A stretch of DNA of 63,147 nt, counting the filler, from Craspedostauros australis (lineage: Eukaryota): the NCBI GenBank assembly GCA_030167865.1. It is 5 parts of 5 records of this genome, joined end to end, with 100 filler letters (N's around TTAATTAATTAA, not from the genome) between each part and the next. Parts side by side here need not be neighbours in the genome. Positions count along the whole stretch, not along the records: positions 36,329 to 63,147 come from JALAGF010004218.1; 4 more parts are not named here. One strand, given 5' to 3'. Below, piece after piece: positions 61,554 through 63,147 of this stretch; the stretch's first letter is position 1, and each line of letters begins with the position of its first letter. A program made the position numbers and the translations under genes. A model generated the notes under the pieces. It ran no database searches, was not told the origin of the DNA, and saw nothing but the letters and a program-made list of their open reading frames with translations.

Positions 61554-62991
61554 TTAACGGAGACGACGTCCGTTCAGCTTCTGGCTGACGATCTCTTGGA
61601 TGGCGTTGTCGCATCCGTCTTCGCCAACGAGGCGCTTCTTGAGCTTGGAGAACTCGTTGTTGGACACCACGCCCTGGCGGCGCAACAAGCGATAGTGATC
61701 ACGCAGGTCGTTGTCCGTATCGATACCCTCGCAGGAGTTGAATTCAATCTGAACATCCGACACAGTCGCTGTGAAGCCTTCGCCTGCGGAATAGGCAAAC
61801 TCGGTGCGGATGCGCTCTGCATCAATCTGGGTACAGTCGGAACGGGACACAACGGGCATCTTCTCGACGCATCCGCACATGGGTGCACCCGGGACGTTGC
61901 GGACGTATCCACGCTGCACCAAGTGGTCGTACCTGGATTTTATGGGCATGCGTGGGATATGAGTGAGGAAGTGAGTGAATAAGTGAATAAGGGAGTGAAG
62001 AAATGAATGAGTGAGTGGGCGAGTCAATGGAGAGCATGCAGTGAAGTTGGAGGTGGAGTTCAATGCGGCAAACTGTAATAGTACATAGCAATACAGTCAG
62101 CGTGGCAGGATTCGCAGGATGTTGCCGCCACACTTACATGCTGACGAAGAAGAGGTTATTGCCTCGGAACATGTTGGTCGGATCAAACTCATCCTCGCTC
62201 CATGCGAAACCATGGCAGTGAGCATCGCCTTCGCCATCCTCGTCGTCACCGGGGAAGAGGGAGAGGCCGCTTTGCACTCTTGCGGCGACGGGAGCCTTGG
62301 ACATGTCCATGTAACAGATATCGGTGTTGTCGTCCGGGTCGGCATCCTTGCACTCCTCTCCGTAGGGAGTCTCGCAGTTGCCGTTGTCGTCGCCGGCTTG
62401 ACGGTCCTGCACCCAGCAGCACATGGCAGCACGTAGCTCGCAGTCTTCAAATGTCTCGATATCAAGACCGAGAGTGGTTGGCCATTGGATGACGCTGCTG
62501 CGTGCCTGCGTCTCGAAGACGTCGGTGACCTTCTGCCCGACGCCGGCTTCCAGATCGTACACTCTCTTTCCTTCCTTGTTCTTGGTCTGTCGGCCCTCGT
62601 TCCAGGTTGTGCCACCGTTGAAGAATTCTTCAACGAAGACATCGTTCTCCTCCGTGATGTCGATGAAATCGATGGTCTTCCCTCCCATCGACATGTGTGC
62701 CTCGAAGGCCATGTCGCAGAGGTCATTGACGGCCTCCTCGACTGAGTTCTTGGAGACTCCCAAGAGCAACGATAGCTCCTTTTCAACGGAGCGTCCATCG
62801 CAGCGATCTCCTTGTTCATCGATGTAATCCTGGATCAGTTCTTCCACGATCTCAAAGTTGCACCCATCATTGGTGATGCGCGCGAGGCTGGTGACGCAGG
62901 GCTCGTTGTTGGCCAATGCCGAAACAACGCTGATGCTGGCGGTGGATACCAAGGCGACGGCAAGAAGGCTGGTTGGGATTGTCAATTTCAT
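61554..62991 (-). CDS. Secreted Cys-rich protein of unknown function
   Basis: Signal peptide MKLTIPTSLL, then AAMCCWVQDRQ, NTDICY, HCHGFAW and FFVSM|YDHL..RGYVRNVPGAPMCGCVEKMP. Exons are 62991-62138 and 61932-61554 (GTAAGT..CAG). Confidence 0.85.
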
Positions 62992-63147
62992 GTTGGACGT
63001 ATGTAGTTGCGTTTTGTGGGTGTGTGCGTGTGTGCGTGTGTCTGTTGCGAGTTGTGCTCGGATTGAGATTATGAGTACACCTCGCACCATTCATGGCCAG
63101 AACCAATGTTGGAACCATCAGATACCATGGCCCACTCCTTGCTCCTT

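Noticed and set aside
9856..62991. Idea of an extracellular-matrix gene cluster (M11, sulfotransferase, vWA, Cys-rich protein)
   Set aside because: The genes are dispersed, separated by unrelated genes and assembly gaps, and secreted proteins are common in such genomes.
1..63147. CRISPR arrays, tRNA/rRNA genes, or a bacterial origin for argB/efp/ABC-F
   Set aside because: No repeat-spacer array or RNA gene was seen. These bacterial-type genes have plastid presequences, and efp and ABC-F also have spliceosomal introns, so they are nuclear.

Overview
Eukaryotic nuclear DNA, most likely from a pennate diatom. This is inferred from GT-AG introns of 205-315 nt, bipartite ASAFAP-type plastid presequences, a CoDi-like copia element and an Ambal-like LINE. 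The window is a scaffold of five contigs joined by artificial 100-nt spacers (N44-TTAATTAATTAA-N44). Contents in order: a rearranged Ty1/copia element (1-6376, minus) whose long pol frame is missing from the ORF track; TOP6A/SPO11-3, present as two gap-flanking inverted partial copies; an M11 gametolysin-like metalloprotease; plastid acetylglutamate kinase; EBP2; a sulfotransferase-like protein; an R2R3-type Myb factor; a muniscin/mu-homology protein; a gap-truncated STAND (COG3899-like) ATPase; an RNase H-containing LINE in two exact inverted copies (probably an assembly artefact); a DUF1275 membrane protein; a hypothetical protein; a head-to-head pair of plastid-targeted ABC-F and EF-P genes; a silaffin-like/mucin/vWA secreted protein; a 1637-aa disordered MORN protein; and a Cys-rich secreted protein. 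The most notable observations are: (1) the divergent ABC-F/EF-P pair, with an Arg-tipped (QARGAA) EF-P loop; (2) the copia element, which lost its RT core and first integrase Asp by in-frame deletions, carries scrambled pol fragments inside gag, and still keeps about 1380 open codons; (3) a vWA domain nested inside a split beta-sandwich domain; (4) a non-canonical GG donor in TOP6A; (5) a D-to-N change at the LINE RT catalytic site. All family assignments come from motif recognition by eye, not from database searches.
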